64,000 nucleotides of DNA from positions 219,170,001-219,234,000 of the forward strand of contig OZ024741.1 of assembly GCA_964016885.1 (NCBI GenBank), written 5' to 3'. The notes beneath the pieces were generated by a model, which had not been told where the DNA came from, searched no databases, and saw only the letters and a list, made by a program, of their open reading frames with translations. The DNA is from Eledone cirrhosa. Lineage: Eukaryota. Positions 1 to 11,292 of this stretch are shown here, one piece after another. Both the position numbers and the translations under genes were made by a program. Numbering within the stretch: the stretch's first letter is position 1; each line of letters starts with the position of its first letter.

Positions 1-1010
1 AAACATGGAAGCATGGCCTAGAATCAAAAGGCCTTAAAGTTAACTTGTCTAAGACTAAAGTTCTAGTATGTAGGAAGGAAAATAGGGCACCGGTCCCCTC
101 TGGGAAATGGCCATGCTCAGTGTGTAGGAAAGGAGTAGGCAGAAATTCCATTTTATGTCCCAAATGCAGAGTATGGGTGCATAAAAGATGTAGTGGGAAC
201 ACAGGTAAGCTATCTAAGAACGTAGATTTTATATGTGGCCAGTGCTCAGGTGCAATAAGTAGCAAGTGCCCAGAGGATACTAGCTCCTTCTATTGCCCAG
301 ATGACTCTATAGAAATTGTGGACACCTTCCGTTACCTGGGTGACAAAATCAGCAGTGATGGAGGGTGCTCAGAAAGTACAGTAGCCAGAGTCAGAACGGG
401 ATGGAAAAAGTTCAGAGTGCTTATACCACTATTGGCCGCTAAAGGTTTCTCTCTAAAAATGAAGGGCAGACTGTATGATGCCTGGATACGAACAGCTATG
501 TTACATGGCAGTGAGACATGGGCATTGTGTGCAGAGGATCTGTGCAGACTGGAGAGGAACGAAGCATGCATGCTCCGCTGGATGTTTTAATAGTAATATA
601 CGTGAACAGCAAAGCATAAATGAACTAAGCGAGAAATTAGGTATAAGAGGGATCAGATGCTGTTTACTCGAGAGAAGACTACATTGGTATGGTCACGTGA
701 TGCGCATGAAAGGAGACAGTTGTATAAAAAAATGCAGGGCAATCAAAATTGATGGAAGTTACGGAGTAGGCAGACACAGAAAAACCTGGGACGATTTGAT
801 AAATTCTGACCTTACACACTTACACCTCTCTAAGACAATGTCACTGGACCGAGATCTTTGGCGCTATGCAGTAATACAGAAAACCTGCCTTGCCTAAGTA
901 CAACGCAAAACCTACAGTCAGTAGGCACTTCTTAATTAAATATGCACCTCCATCCCACTACCCTCAAATTCCCCACCCATACCCCCATCAACACCAGCCC
1001 CTTTCTCAGA
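1..1010 (+). mobile_element. RTE-type LINE 3' fragment (RT C-terminus with PHD-like finger, decayed; start of 3' UTR)
   Basis: ORFs 45-590 and 475-897 encode KTKV..CSVC..CPKC..WVHKRC..CGQC..FRYLGD..LHGSETW..RRLHWYGHVMRM..GRxRKTW, typical RTE ORF2 C-terminus; frameshift near 590; cut by window edge. Confidence 0.9.
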
Positions 1011-1419
1011 GTATACAAACACTCTGATGAAACAACATATGCATTCACACATTTCACATATGCACACATACACCCCCACATATATATATCTTCATCATCA
1101 TCATTTTTATGTTCATTCTTCCATACTTGCATGGGTTGGATGTATATACAAGAACATCTTTGTCTGTTCCCTTGTCATTTTAACTTGGATTGCCTCAAGA
1201 GTGCAACCTTATTATGTAAGAAGCTGTCTGGTGAGATCATGGCATTGGGTACGTGGGATTGCATGGTCAATGTTGTAATTGAAATATGTATCACACCCTT
1301 ATTAATAAAGGACTTTAACATCTGAAACTACTTTGTATTTTCTTATTCTGTATATGTTTATCCCAGGTTCAATCGGGGGTAACCACAGTAAGTAAGGTAC
1401 TCAAAACATAGCAGAGTAT

Positions 1420-1541
1420 ATATTTAATATAGAAATGGCTTCTGTTTCATTTGGAGGAAATCATCAGGAAAGCCCTTTCCTGATGATTTCCTCCGAATGA
1501 AACAGTTCTAGTCCTGTAGAAGCCATTTCTATATTAAATAT
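1420..1541. repeat. Fold-back (inverted repeat) containing a hammerhead motif
   Basis: atatttaatatagaaatggcttct..gtttcatttggaggaaatcatcaggaaag is the reverse complement of ctttcctgatgatttcctccgaatgaaac..agaagccatttctatattaaatat. Confidence 0.85.
1476..1522 (+). ncRNA. Type I hammerhead ribozyme motif
   Basis: TTTC-CTGATGA-T-TTC(CTCC)GAA-T-GAA-ACAG(TTCTAGTC)CTGT-A^GAAG: core CUGAUGA/GAAA, stem III ACAG/CTGT, GUA triplet, short stem I TTTC/GAAG. Confidence 0.65.
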
Positions 1542-1552
1542 TAATATATATA

Positions 1553-1830
1553 TCATCATCATCATTTTACGTCTGCTTTTCCCTGCTTGCAAGGGTGGGA
1601 CGGGAACTGATGCTGGCTTGATTTCTACAGCTAGATGCCCTTCCTAACACCAACCTCATTTACAGTGAGTGCTGGGTGCTTTTTGCTGTGGCACCTACAC
1701 GACCACTTTGCAGTGGAATGTTAGGGACCCCACTCCCTATCATCTCATTTCTATAGCTGAGTAAACTGGAGCAATCTGAAATAAAGTGTCTTGCTCAAGG
1801 AAACAGCACATCACCCAGTTTCCTTGAGCA
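1553..1830 (-). mobile_element. 5'-truncated SINE (CORE-like body, RTE-derived tail)
   Basis: Reverse complement of the SINE at 8688-9015; ends in (TGA)n. Confidence 0.85.
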
Positions 1831-1861
1831 TGTATATATATATATATATATGTGTATATAT

Positions 1862-3625
1862 ATCATCATCATCATCATCATCGTTTACCGTCTATCTTCC
1901 ACGCTAGCATGGGTTTAGACGGGAATTGTCCCACTTGAGGCAAGAGTGGTTGTCTCGCTCGTTTAGGACTGTCTGGCAGTTTTTCTAAAGCTGGATACCC
2001 TTCCTAACACCAACCACGTTTACAGTGTGGACTGGGAGGTTTTTACTGTGTAACCTAAACGGCCACATTACAGCGTGGACTGTGTGTTCTTTTGTCATGA
2101 CACCTACACAACCTCATTTATTTTGGACTGGGTGTTGTGGTACCAACATAACTTTACAGAGAAAGGGTGGTGTTGGTGGGAGTGGGGGATGGAGTAGGGG
2201 TAGTGGGATGGGGGTGTATATTTGGTTAAGAGGTGCCTACTGACTGTAGGTTTTGCTTTGTACATAGGCAAGGCGGGCCTTCTGTATTACTGCGTAGCGC
2301 CAAAGATCTCGGTCCAGTGACATTGTCTTAGAGAGGTGTAAGTGTGTCAGGTCGGAATTTATCAAATCGTCCCAGGTTTTTCTGGGTCTACCTACTCCGC
2401 AACTTCCATCAATTTTGATTGCCCTGCACTTTTTTATACAACTGTCGCCTTTCATGCGCATCACGTGACCATACCAATGTAGTCTTCTCTCGAGTAAACA
2501 GCATCTGATCCCTCTTATTCCTAATTTCTCACTTAGTTCATTTATGCTTTGCCGTTCGTGTATATTACTATTAGACATCCAATGGAGCATGCAAGCTTCG
2601 TTTCTCTCCAGTCTGCGTATATCCTCTGCACGTAATGCCCATGTCTCACTGCCATGTTATATAGCTGTTCGTATGCAGGCATCATACAATCTGCCTTTCA
2701 TTTTTAGAGAGAAACCTTTAGCGGCCAATAGTAGTATAAGCTTTCTCAACTTTTTCCATCCCGTTCTGACTCTGGCTATTGTGCTTTCAGAGCACCCTCC
2801 ACCACTGATGATTTTGTCACCCAGGTAACGGAAGGTGTCCACTATTTCTATAGAACCATCTGGGCAATAGAAGGAGCTAGTATCCTGTGGGTACTTGCTA
2901 CTTATTGCACGTGAGTATCAGCCACATGTAAAATCTACGTTCTTAGACCTGTGATCCCACTATATCTTTTATATACTCATAGTTTGCATTTGGGACATAA
3001 AATGGAATTTCTGCCTACTCCTTTCCTACACACTGAGCATGGCCATTTCCCAGAGGGCACCTGTGCCCTATTTTCCTTTCTACATACTAGAACTTTAGTC
3101 TTAGACAAGTTAATTTTAAGGCCTTTTGATTCTAGGCCATACTTCCATGTCTGGAATTTCTTCTCTAGTTCAGCCATCGATTCAGGTATGAAAGTTAGAT
3201 CATCTGCATATAGAAGTTCCCATAAGCAGCCAGTCTTGAACTCCTCTGTTATAGCCTGAAGGGCAATAATAAATAGGAGGGGGCTAAGGACAGAGGCCTT
3301 GATGAACACCAACTTTTACGCTAAATTCTTCACTATATTCATTGCTGACTGTTTCTTTATACGTGGCTTGTATAGCTCTCACAAGCCATTCATCTACACC
3401 TAGTTTTCTAAGAGCCCACCAGATAATGGAGCGGCGGACTCTGTCTAAGGCTTTCTCCAAGTCAACAAAAGCTAAGTATAGGGGTTTACTTTTAGCTAGG
3501 TACTTCTCCTGTAGTTGTCGTACAAGGAAAAGAGTGTCTGTGGTACTTTTACCTGACACAAACCCAAACTGCATTTCATCTAGATCAATTCGCTCTTTGA
3601 TTAGTTGCGCTATAACTCTTTCTGT
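1862..3625 (-). mobile_element. 5'-truncated RTE-type LINE with complete 3' UTR and (TGA)n tail
   Basis: Fragmented ORFs QFGFVSGKSTTD..FVDLEKA..GVHQG..SPLLF..LLYADD..PHD-like finger..RRLHWYGHV; close inverted copy of 1-1010. Confidence 0.92.
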
Positions 3626-3805
3626 TCTGCAACACTGACTTTGATTCTTCTTAATCTATTTATTTTCTGCACACTACAACCGCCTCTCTCTGGAATACAA
3701 CCATCACGAGACACACTTCGTAACAGTATTGAATGCTTCAAAGGGTGCACTGTCTGTAATTGTAGTTACATACCTAACTAACACACACGCACGCACACAC
3801 ACATA

Positions 3806-3965
3806 TATACGATGGGTTTCTGCAATTTCTATCTACCAAATTTCACTTACAAGGCATTGGTTAGTCAAAGACTATAATGGAAAAACACAAGGTGTTGTAA
3901 AGTGACACTGAACCCAAAACCATATGGTTGCAAAGCTACCACCTTAACTACACAGCCATGCCAGT
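3806..3965 (-). mobile_element. Decayed tRNA-derived SINE (third family)
   Basis: Minus strand: ggcatggctgtgtagttaag..gggttcag..ccaatgccttgtaagtgaaatttggtagatagaaa..cccatcgtatat(gt)n; a related decayed copy lies near 59322-59440. Confidence 0.6.
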
Positions 3966-3994
3966 ACCTGTACAGACATATAATGTCACTATAA

Positions 3995-5011
3995 TAAGAC
4001 CCCTTGTGGTCATAAATAACCATGGGATTTGCACCTAGAAAGTTTCCCCTTACAAAGCACAGTTCCGGGCAAGACCAACAGTCACCCATATATAGCAGTC
4101 TCCTTCTCCAAGCCACCTGTGTTATCCGAGGTAAAGGCAATGGCTGATAGAGCTTGGTACCTGTAATGTCACAACTCATTTCTACATGTGAGTGAACTGG
4201 AACAATGTCAAATAAAGTGTCTCACGACCTCACAATTGTCAATTTGATGTTCTAACCATTAAGCTACTTACCTTCACTTCTTGCTCAAGAAATAAAGTAC
4301 CTTGCTCAAGATCACATCACATCACCTGGTCTGGGAATCGAACTCACGACCTCACGATTGTCAATCCGATGTTCTAACCATTAAGCTACTTACCTTCACT
4401 TCTTGCTCAAGAAATAAAGTACCTTGCTCAAGATCACATCACATCACCTGGTCTGGGAATCGAACTCACGACCTCACAATTGTCAATTTGATGTTCTAAC
4501 CACTAAGCTACTTACCTTCACTTCTTGCTCAAGAAATAAAGTACCTTGCTCAAGATCACATCACATCACCTGGTCTGGGAATCGAACTCACGACCTCACA
4601 ATTGTCAATCCGATGTTCTAACCACTAAGCTGCTTACCTTCACTTCTTGCTCAAGAAATAAAATACCTTGCTCAAGAACACATCACATCACCTGGTCTGG
4701 GAATCGAACTCATGACCTCACGATTGTTAATCCGATGTTCTAACCACTAAGCTACTTACCTTCACTTCTTGCTCAAGAAATAAAGTACCTTGCTCAAGAA
4801 CACATCACATCACCTGGTCTGGGAATCGAACTCATGACCTCACGATTGTCAATCCGATGTTCTAACCACTAAGCTACTTACCTTCACTTCTTGCTCAAGA
4901 AATAAAGTATTTTGCTCAAGAATACATCACATCACCTGGTCTGGGAATCGAACTCACGACCTCACAATTGTCAATCCGATGTTCTAACCACTAAGCTACT
5001 TACCTTCACTT
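3995..5011 (-). mobile_element. SINE with tandemly amplified tRNA-like head (122-bp unit, ~6.5 copies at 4222-5011)
   Basis: Period 122 (ORF starts 4302, 4424, 4546). Unit on minus strand has A-box-like tagcttagtgg, B-box-like agttcgattcc and the start of the CORE-like cttgagcaag; body continues to ~3995. Confidence 0.85.
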
Positions 5012-6159
5012 AGTGCTGTGTTAAAAACTCTGTTAATTTTGAAACTATATTCAAACGAATTTGACATTTGTGTCTTAAATTTACTGACAACCATTCTTTA
5101 GTTTCTGTCCTCTATTGTTCCTCAGTTTTCACCAGACTGTCATAAAATATTTATCTCTCTTTTCTATCATGTTTTTAGTTGTTGCTGTTGTTAGTTAAGA
5201 GAGTGTGTGTGTGTGTGCATATGTATGCATGTATGTATGTGCGTGTGTGTACATGTGTATAAGTGTGTGTGAGTGGGAGGTACGTATAAGTGTCGGTACG
5301 TGTGAGGTGTGAAGGGGGAGGCGTTTGTGTGTTAATGTATAAGCAAAAAGTAATTTATTTGGTAATAATATCCATTCATATCATTTTAAAATCACTAGAC
5401 AGTGTCTAAATTCTTTCTTCACAATAAAACTTTCTCCTCTCTCTCTCCCTCTCTTTCTATTTCCATATCTCACTCTCTCTCCATCTCTCTCTCTCTCAAT
5501 ATATATATATGTATATATTTATAATCATTATCGTCATCCTCATTATCAACATCATCATTCATTGTCTGTTTTCCCTATATATATAATCATTATCGTCATC
5601 ATCATTATCAAGATCATCATTTATTGTCTGCTTTCCCCGCTGGTAAAGGTTAGACAAGTTATCGCAGACCAAGTCAGTAATTAGTTGCAGGTAGTGATCT
5701 CTTAGACAAACCAGATGCTCGCATCTTGCTTACATATGTTCCTGCACTCTAGAGAGTGCACTAAATGTATTATATTGTGGCACCAGCACTAGGGAGGTGG
5801 TCATGTCTTTGATACAACTGAAGAGTTCTCTCAACCCTTTCTTTGGCAAGTTTTCTATGACTGGATGTCCTGCCTATCACCAATAACTCTACAGAGAGTA
5901 CTAGGTGCATTTTATGATGGCACCAGCACTAGGTAGGTTGTTGTACTCTTGAAAGACCTGAAAAGTCTTTTCAACCCTTATTTAGTATGTTTTCTACAGC
6001 TGGGTGCTATTCCTAACACCAACTCCTGTACACAGTGCACTGGATGTGTTTTACCTATTTTATTATGGCATAAACAAGAGATTGTTTATCTATTTTTAAG
6101 TCATTAAGAGCTTAATCTGAGGGATTATTTGTTTGGAAGAATCCAAACAAATAAATACT

Positions 6160-6360
6160 GGGTGCTTTTTGTCCTGACACCTACATTACCACTTTGCAGT
6201 GTGGACTGGGTGCTTTTTGTCCCTACACCTACATGACCACTTTACAGTGTGGACTGGGTGCTTTTTGTCCTGATACCTACACAACCACTTTACAGTGTGG
6301 ACTGGGTGCTTTTTGTCCTGATACCTACACAACCACTTTACAGTGTGTACTGCGTGCTTT
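6160..6360 (-). repeat. 48-bp minisatellite derived from RTE/SINE 3' tail (~4 copies)
   Basis: Unit gactgggtgctttttgtcctgatacctacacaaccactttacagtgtg; matches LINE 3' UTR at 27950-28050. Confidence 0.8.
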
Positions 6361-7181
6361 ATGAAGAAGAACACATGCAGAGGATTGTGCAATATCGGCA
6401 AATGTTATGCAATCTAGGCCGAATACAACTCATCAGCAGGGTGCCAGACAACAACATATTGGTCTTTAAGGTGTACAGACTAACGATTCTGCTAGCTTCC
6501 TGGTTCTAGCAGTTCACTTTCATGCAAGCACATTACCTCCAATATTGTGGAAGAGTACAGATTGGCGGGTAGAATTGAAACAACTGGAATTTCCACCAAC
6601 AAAGAACTTTAGCACTCAAACATATTCAAACATATATATAAATACATAGACATATATGAGGGCTGATTTGCAATGTGTGTGTGTGTATATAAATATATAT
6701 CATCATCATCATCATCATCATCATCATCGTTTAACGTCCATCTTCCACACTTGCATGGGTTTGGATGGGAGTTTTCCCACTTGAGGCAAGATTGGTTGTC
6801 CTGCTCGTATAGGACTGTCTGGCGGGTTTTCTACGGCTGGATGCCCTTCCTAACACCATATATATATATATATATATATCATCATCATCATCATCATCTT
6901 TGTTTAATGTCCCTCTTCCATGCTAGCATGGGTTAGACTTTACATATATATATATGTATCGTTAATACATATATATATATGTATCGTTAATACATATATA
7001 TATATGTATCGTCTAACCCATGCTAGCATGGAAAATGGCCGTTAAACGATGATGATGATATATATATATATATATCATCATCATCATTTTTATGTCCACT
7101 TTTCCACACTTGCATGGGTTGAACAGGTCCTTCTCAGCACGGCATCTCTCCACACATCGCGATCTTTTCTCAGTATATGTG

Positions 7182-7212
<31 letters not shown>

Positions 7213-7366
7213 TAAAAGTAAAGTGATGAATCACATTGCTATCACACGGAAAGCCTTGACAGTTTTGGCCCAGGATGTGTCTTATCATTGAGAGTATATA
7301 GTCTATCTTGTCTTGCTTGCCCTTCAGTTTCCTGTGTGGTGATTAGTTCACCATGCCTTGTATATA

Positions 7367-7416
<50 letters not shown>

Positions 7417-7480
7417 AAGAAATTAAAAGATGGTTAAAAGAGTTCCATATATTTTATTATGCGCATTTCGAATACAAAAT

Positions 7481-7820
7481 CATCATCATCATCATCATTT
7501 TACGTCCACTTTTCCCTGCTTGCAAGGATGGGACGGGAACTGATTCTGGCTTGATTTCTACAGCTGGATGCCCTTCCTAACACCAACCTCATTTACAGTG
7601 AGTGCTGGGTGCTTTTTTTTTTCCGTGGCACCTACATGTCCACTTTACAGTGGAATGGTAGGGACCCCAGTCCCTATCATCTCATTTCTACAGCTGAGTA
7701 AACTGGAGCAATGTGAAATAAAGTGTCTTGCTCAAGGAAACAACACATCACCCCGTCTGAGAATTGAACTCACAACCTTTCAATTGCAAGGCCAATGCTC
7801 TAACCACTAAGCCATGTCCC
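7481..7820 (-). mobile_element. Near full-length SINE (tRNA-like head, CORE-like body, RTE tail)
   Basis: Minus strand: gacatggcttagtggttagagcattggcc..gagttcaattctc..ccttgagcaagacactttatttcacattgctccagtttactcagctg..(TGA)n. Confidence 0.9.
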
Positions 7821-7849
7821 ATCCTGGGACAAAAATTGTGTTCTCATCT

Positions 7850-7916
7850 TATTTTATCTGATGAGAACACAATTTTTGTCCCAGGATAATTTTGTATTCG
7901 AAATGCACATAAAATA
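7850..7916 (+). ncRNA. Type I hammerhead ribozyme motif (degenerate copy)
   Basis: TATTTTAT-CTGATGA-GAA..TTC-GAAA-TGCACA-TA-AAATA; the opposite arm preserves the intact 3' half GAAATGCGCATA^ATAAAATA, giving an 8-bp stem I and a palindromic stem III. Confidence 0.65.
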
Positions 7917-8325
7917 TATGGAACTCTTTTAACCATCTTTTAATTTCTACTTTATTATATATACTCCAGTTCTACCAACTGTTGAGTGATACTTATCTGA
8001 TGTATGCATAGTTTTATTGTCCTACAATATTACTCACCTTCCACATATATATGTATATATAAACGGAAAAAATGAAACGAAATTTCATTTCCCACTCTTA
8101 GTACGGCTGTTACTTAAATATAAGTATGTATACGTACATACATATATGTATACAGACATACAGTAGTATATATATATATACATACATGCACACATATATA
8201 TATATATACGTATGGATTCACCGAACATTTATTATAATGCTCGGTGTGTTTGTAAACAAACATCCCGTATTAAGCCGTAGTGTCTAGCAACCATCGTTGC
8301 TCATTTGTTCAACACTGACAAAGGA

Positions 8326-8368
8326 ACGCTGTACTAGTTTCAAGCTTATTAGCTATCATCAGCAACGT
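8326..8368 (-). ncRNA. Minimal type I hammerhead ribozyme
   Basis: Minus strand ACGTTG-CTGATGA-T-AGCT(AATA)AGCT-T-GAA-ACTAGT-A^CAGCGT: complete core, 6-bp stem I, palindromic ACTAGT stem III, GUA triplet. Confidence 0.8.
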
Positions 8369-8687
8369 ATACCTTCCTGCCAGATGATTGAACGTCTGAA
8401 AGTATATACTTTCCTTATGCATATTAACGGCTGAGCAGCCTAATTTGCATATCGAATGGGTTAATCGGCCGGGTGCTCCGAAAACGATAAACGGAAAAAA
8501 TAAAATGAAATTTCTTTTCTCACTCTTAGTACGGTTGTTACTTAAGTATAAGTATGTATGCGTACATACATATATGTATACAGACGTACAGTAGTATGTA
8601 TATATATATACATACATGCACACATATATATATGTACGTATGGATTCACCGAACATTTATTATAATGCTCGGTGTGTTTTATATATG

Positions 8688-9015
8688 GAGGCATTGGCCT
8701 TGCAATCGAAAGGTTGTGAGTTCAATTCTCAGACCGGGTGATGTGTTGTTTCCTTGAGCAAGACACTTTATTTCACATTGCTCCAGTTTACTCAGCTGTA
8801 GAAATGAGATGATAAGGACTGGGGTCCCTATCATTCCACTGCAAAGTGGTCGTGGAGGTGCCACGGCAAAAAAGCACCCAGCACCCACTGTAAATGAGGT
8901 TGGTGTTAGGAAGGGCATCCAGCTGTAGAAATCAAGCCAGAATCAGTTCCCGTCCCACCCTTGCAAGCAGGGAAAAAGCGGACGTAAAATGAAATGATGA
9001 TGATGATGAAATGAT
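8688..9015 (+). mobile_element. SINE (tRNA-like head, CORE-like body, RTE-derived tail) with TSD
   Basis: B-box-like gagttcaattctc; tail nearly identical to the 3' UTR of the LINE at 27783-28060; tgtgttt duplicated on both sides. Confidence 0.9.
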
Positions 9016-9062
9016 GTGTTTGTAAACAAACATCCCGTATTAAGCCGTAGTGTCTAGTAACC

Positions 9063-9109
<47 letters not shown>

Positions 9110-9113
9110 TATA

Positions 9114-10007
9114 TCAACTAGAAATTGATTGACATATATATATATCTAAACTAAATATATGAAACAATCACAGGGGGTAATTTGTAAAGTGTGTAAGCAC
9201 ACACAGCTAGGTAGGTAACTAATTAAAGTTTAACTAGAACTTCAAATATAGATACCTTTTAAAATGATTAATTTTCCTTGTTTATATCTCATTAAAGAAA
9301 TATATTTTAACATTAATCGGTAAATCACAATAATCAAATCCCGGATTTTCATTGGAATCTTTGAGCATATTCTACAGTGAATATGGTGCATGTCTCTTGG
9401 ACATGACACCCTTAATTTAATTTTGGATATATATACGGCCCCCTAATTGTAGAGCTAACTCAGTTTAAAGGACTCGGCTGGTATTTCTAGCTGTCGATAA
9501 TCCTATTCATGCCACTAGGGTGACGCTGGTGCAATGTGCATATTTTTAAGAAAATGCAACACGTGGTACAGGTTATTCGCAGATTTGCATTTGCTGTGTA
9601 AACACAGAAAGTTAAATCTTCTCCCTTGCTGAAAATCCGGGATTTGACTGCTGTGATTTACGGATTAGTGGTGAAATATATTTCTGTAATGAAATATATA
9701 CAAGGAAGATTAATCATTTTAAAAGGTATCTATATTTGAAGTTCTAGTTAAACTTTAATTGGTTACCTACCTCGCTGTGTGTGCTTAGACACTTTACAAA
9801 TTATCCCCTGTGATTGTTCCATGTGTTTATTTTAGATATATATATGTCAATCAATTTCTAGTTGATATAAAATGCTCGGATCTATTAATTGGAATCTTTG
9901 AGCATATTCTACAGTGGATATGGTGCATGTCTTTCGGACATGACACCCTTAATTTAATTTTGGATATATATATATATATATATCCAAAATTAAATTAAGG
10001 GTGTCAT
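9114..10007. repeat. Composite fold-back: ~240-bp inverted arms plus ~80-bp direct repeat
   Basis: 9114-9350 is inverted at 9631-9868; 9351-9432 recurs directly at 9888-9970 and partly inverted at 9980-10007. Confidence 0.85.
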
Positions 10008-10320
10008 ATTTATATATATATGTATATATATATATACATATATCAGACCTATTACTATTTGGGATTGGAGGATGGAGGGGGTGGAGCTTAAGTATATATA
10101 CTGTACATATGTATTATTATTATTATTAGTTCATACGTTTTTATCACCAATACAAGACTAAGAAAGAAATTACAAACATGATCATTCTAACATCTTTAGA
10201 GTCAATAGAAAATCAGTGTAGTAAAAACTACACAACAATATTGGAGGGGCTTACGCTGCAAAGCACCTTAGCACTGGGAGGCTTTATATACATACAATAT
10301 ATATATATACATATATATAT

Positions 10321-10405
10321 AGAGCTCAAGCTGTTTCGATGGCTATTTCTGGACTCGAATCCAGATAAAGAGTCCAGAAATAGCCGTCGAAATGACTTAA
10401 GCTCT
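10321..10405. repeat. Short fold-back (~36-bp arms)
   Basis: agagctcaagctgtttcgatggctatttctggactc / gagtccagaaatagccgtcgaaatgacttaagctct. Confidence 0.75.
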
Positions 10406-10824
10406 GCCGTCGGGTTCTGGAACCTTTTCCATTTACCCACTCTACTACGCAAAGTATCGAGTACTCTGGTGCGTTATGGTCCACCTGGTTCCTTACCACA
10501 CTTCCTTCATTTTATATATACATATATATATATATATGTGTGTGTGTGTAAACAATGAGTTATTCGGTTTGTTGATTATTCAACAAAGATAATTTTACAA
10601 CAGATTAGAAGCACTCAGCGAGTTTATACGGAGTATAAAAAAAAAAAAATTATATAAATATTTAAAATCTATCTAGTATCTAAACTTAATGGATCTTTTC
10701 AGTTTTAACGTTATCCTCATTAGCATATTTCCACTGTGTTTTGAAAATTATATTCACTATCCTCATTGAACTCATAACATTAAGTTCACATGAAGATATG
10801 TCACTATCTTTACACCATTTATTA

Positions 10825-10885
10825 TATTTTATCTGACGAAAGCATACTTAAATATTAGTACCCATGAAATACGTATAATAAAATA
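10825..10885 (+). ncRNA. Type I hammerhead ribozyme
   Basis: TATTTTAT-CTGACGA-(imperfect stem II)-GAA-ATACGTAT-A^ATAAAATA: perfect 8-bp stem I, palindromic stem III, AUA triplet. Confidence 0.75.
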
Positions 10886-10930
10886 AATATGGCTTTATAA
10901 AGATATTTTCCATTTATTAATATTATTGAA

Positions 10931-11001
<71 letters not shown>

Positions 11002-11292
11002 GATCGAGTATCGAAAAATCGGCGCACGAGTTCACGATAAACAAGTTCTAAATGAGCAGATGAAGGCTCAATAATTCAGATGAATCAGAGCTATAACTAT
11101 CGTTAAAATACCGTCACACATAGAACAAGTCTAAAATCAACCATACGATAAAAAATCGATAATAGAAGATTCGGGACAAACAGATAAAAAATATCAATAA
11201 AACAATACATCAATAATTTAAATGAATGTAAAATCATACCCGGACCCACTAGAAAGGTGTTAAATCTAGCTTCTTGGGTTTCTGTAAATCCT

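Larger units (their letters stand above)
7420..7946. repeat. Fold-back element centred on a hammerhead motif, left arm interrupted by a SINE
   Basis: aattaaaagatggttaaaagagttccatat..ttcgaatacaaaat [SINE] atcctgggacaaaaattgtgttctcatc pairs with gatgagaacacaatttttgtcccaggat..atatggaactcttttaaccatcttttaatt. Confidence 0.85.
8060..9063 (-). mobile_element. Non-coding direct-repeat unit (~428-bp period, ~1.5 copies) with hammerhead; retrozyme / non-autonomous Penelope-like
   Basis: 8060-8293 is repeated at 8488-8680 plus 9015-9063 (split by a SINE); hammerhead lies in the spacer; flanked by (TA)n. Confidence 0.7.

Noticed and set aside
4230-5010. tRNA gene cluster
   Set aside because: Units lack a complete acceptor stem and run into SINE body sequence.
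8378-8415. Second hammerhead on plus strand (CAGATGA..GAAAGTATATACTT)
   Set aside because: Core mismatch and no stem I complementarity.
11052-11102. Hammerhead-like CAGATGAAGGCTC..GAGCT
   Set aside because: Lacks GAAA and stem III.
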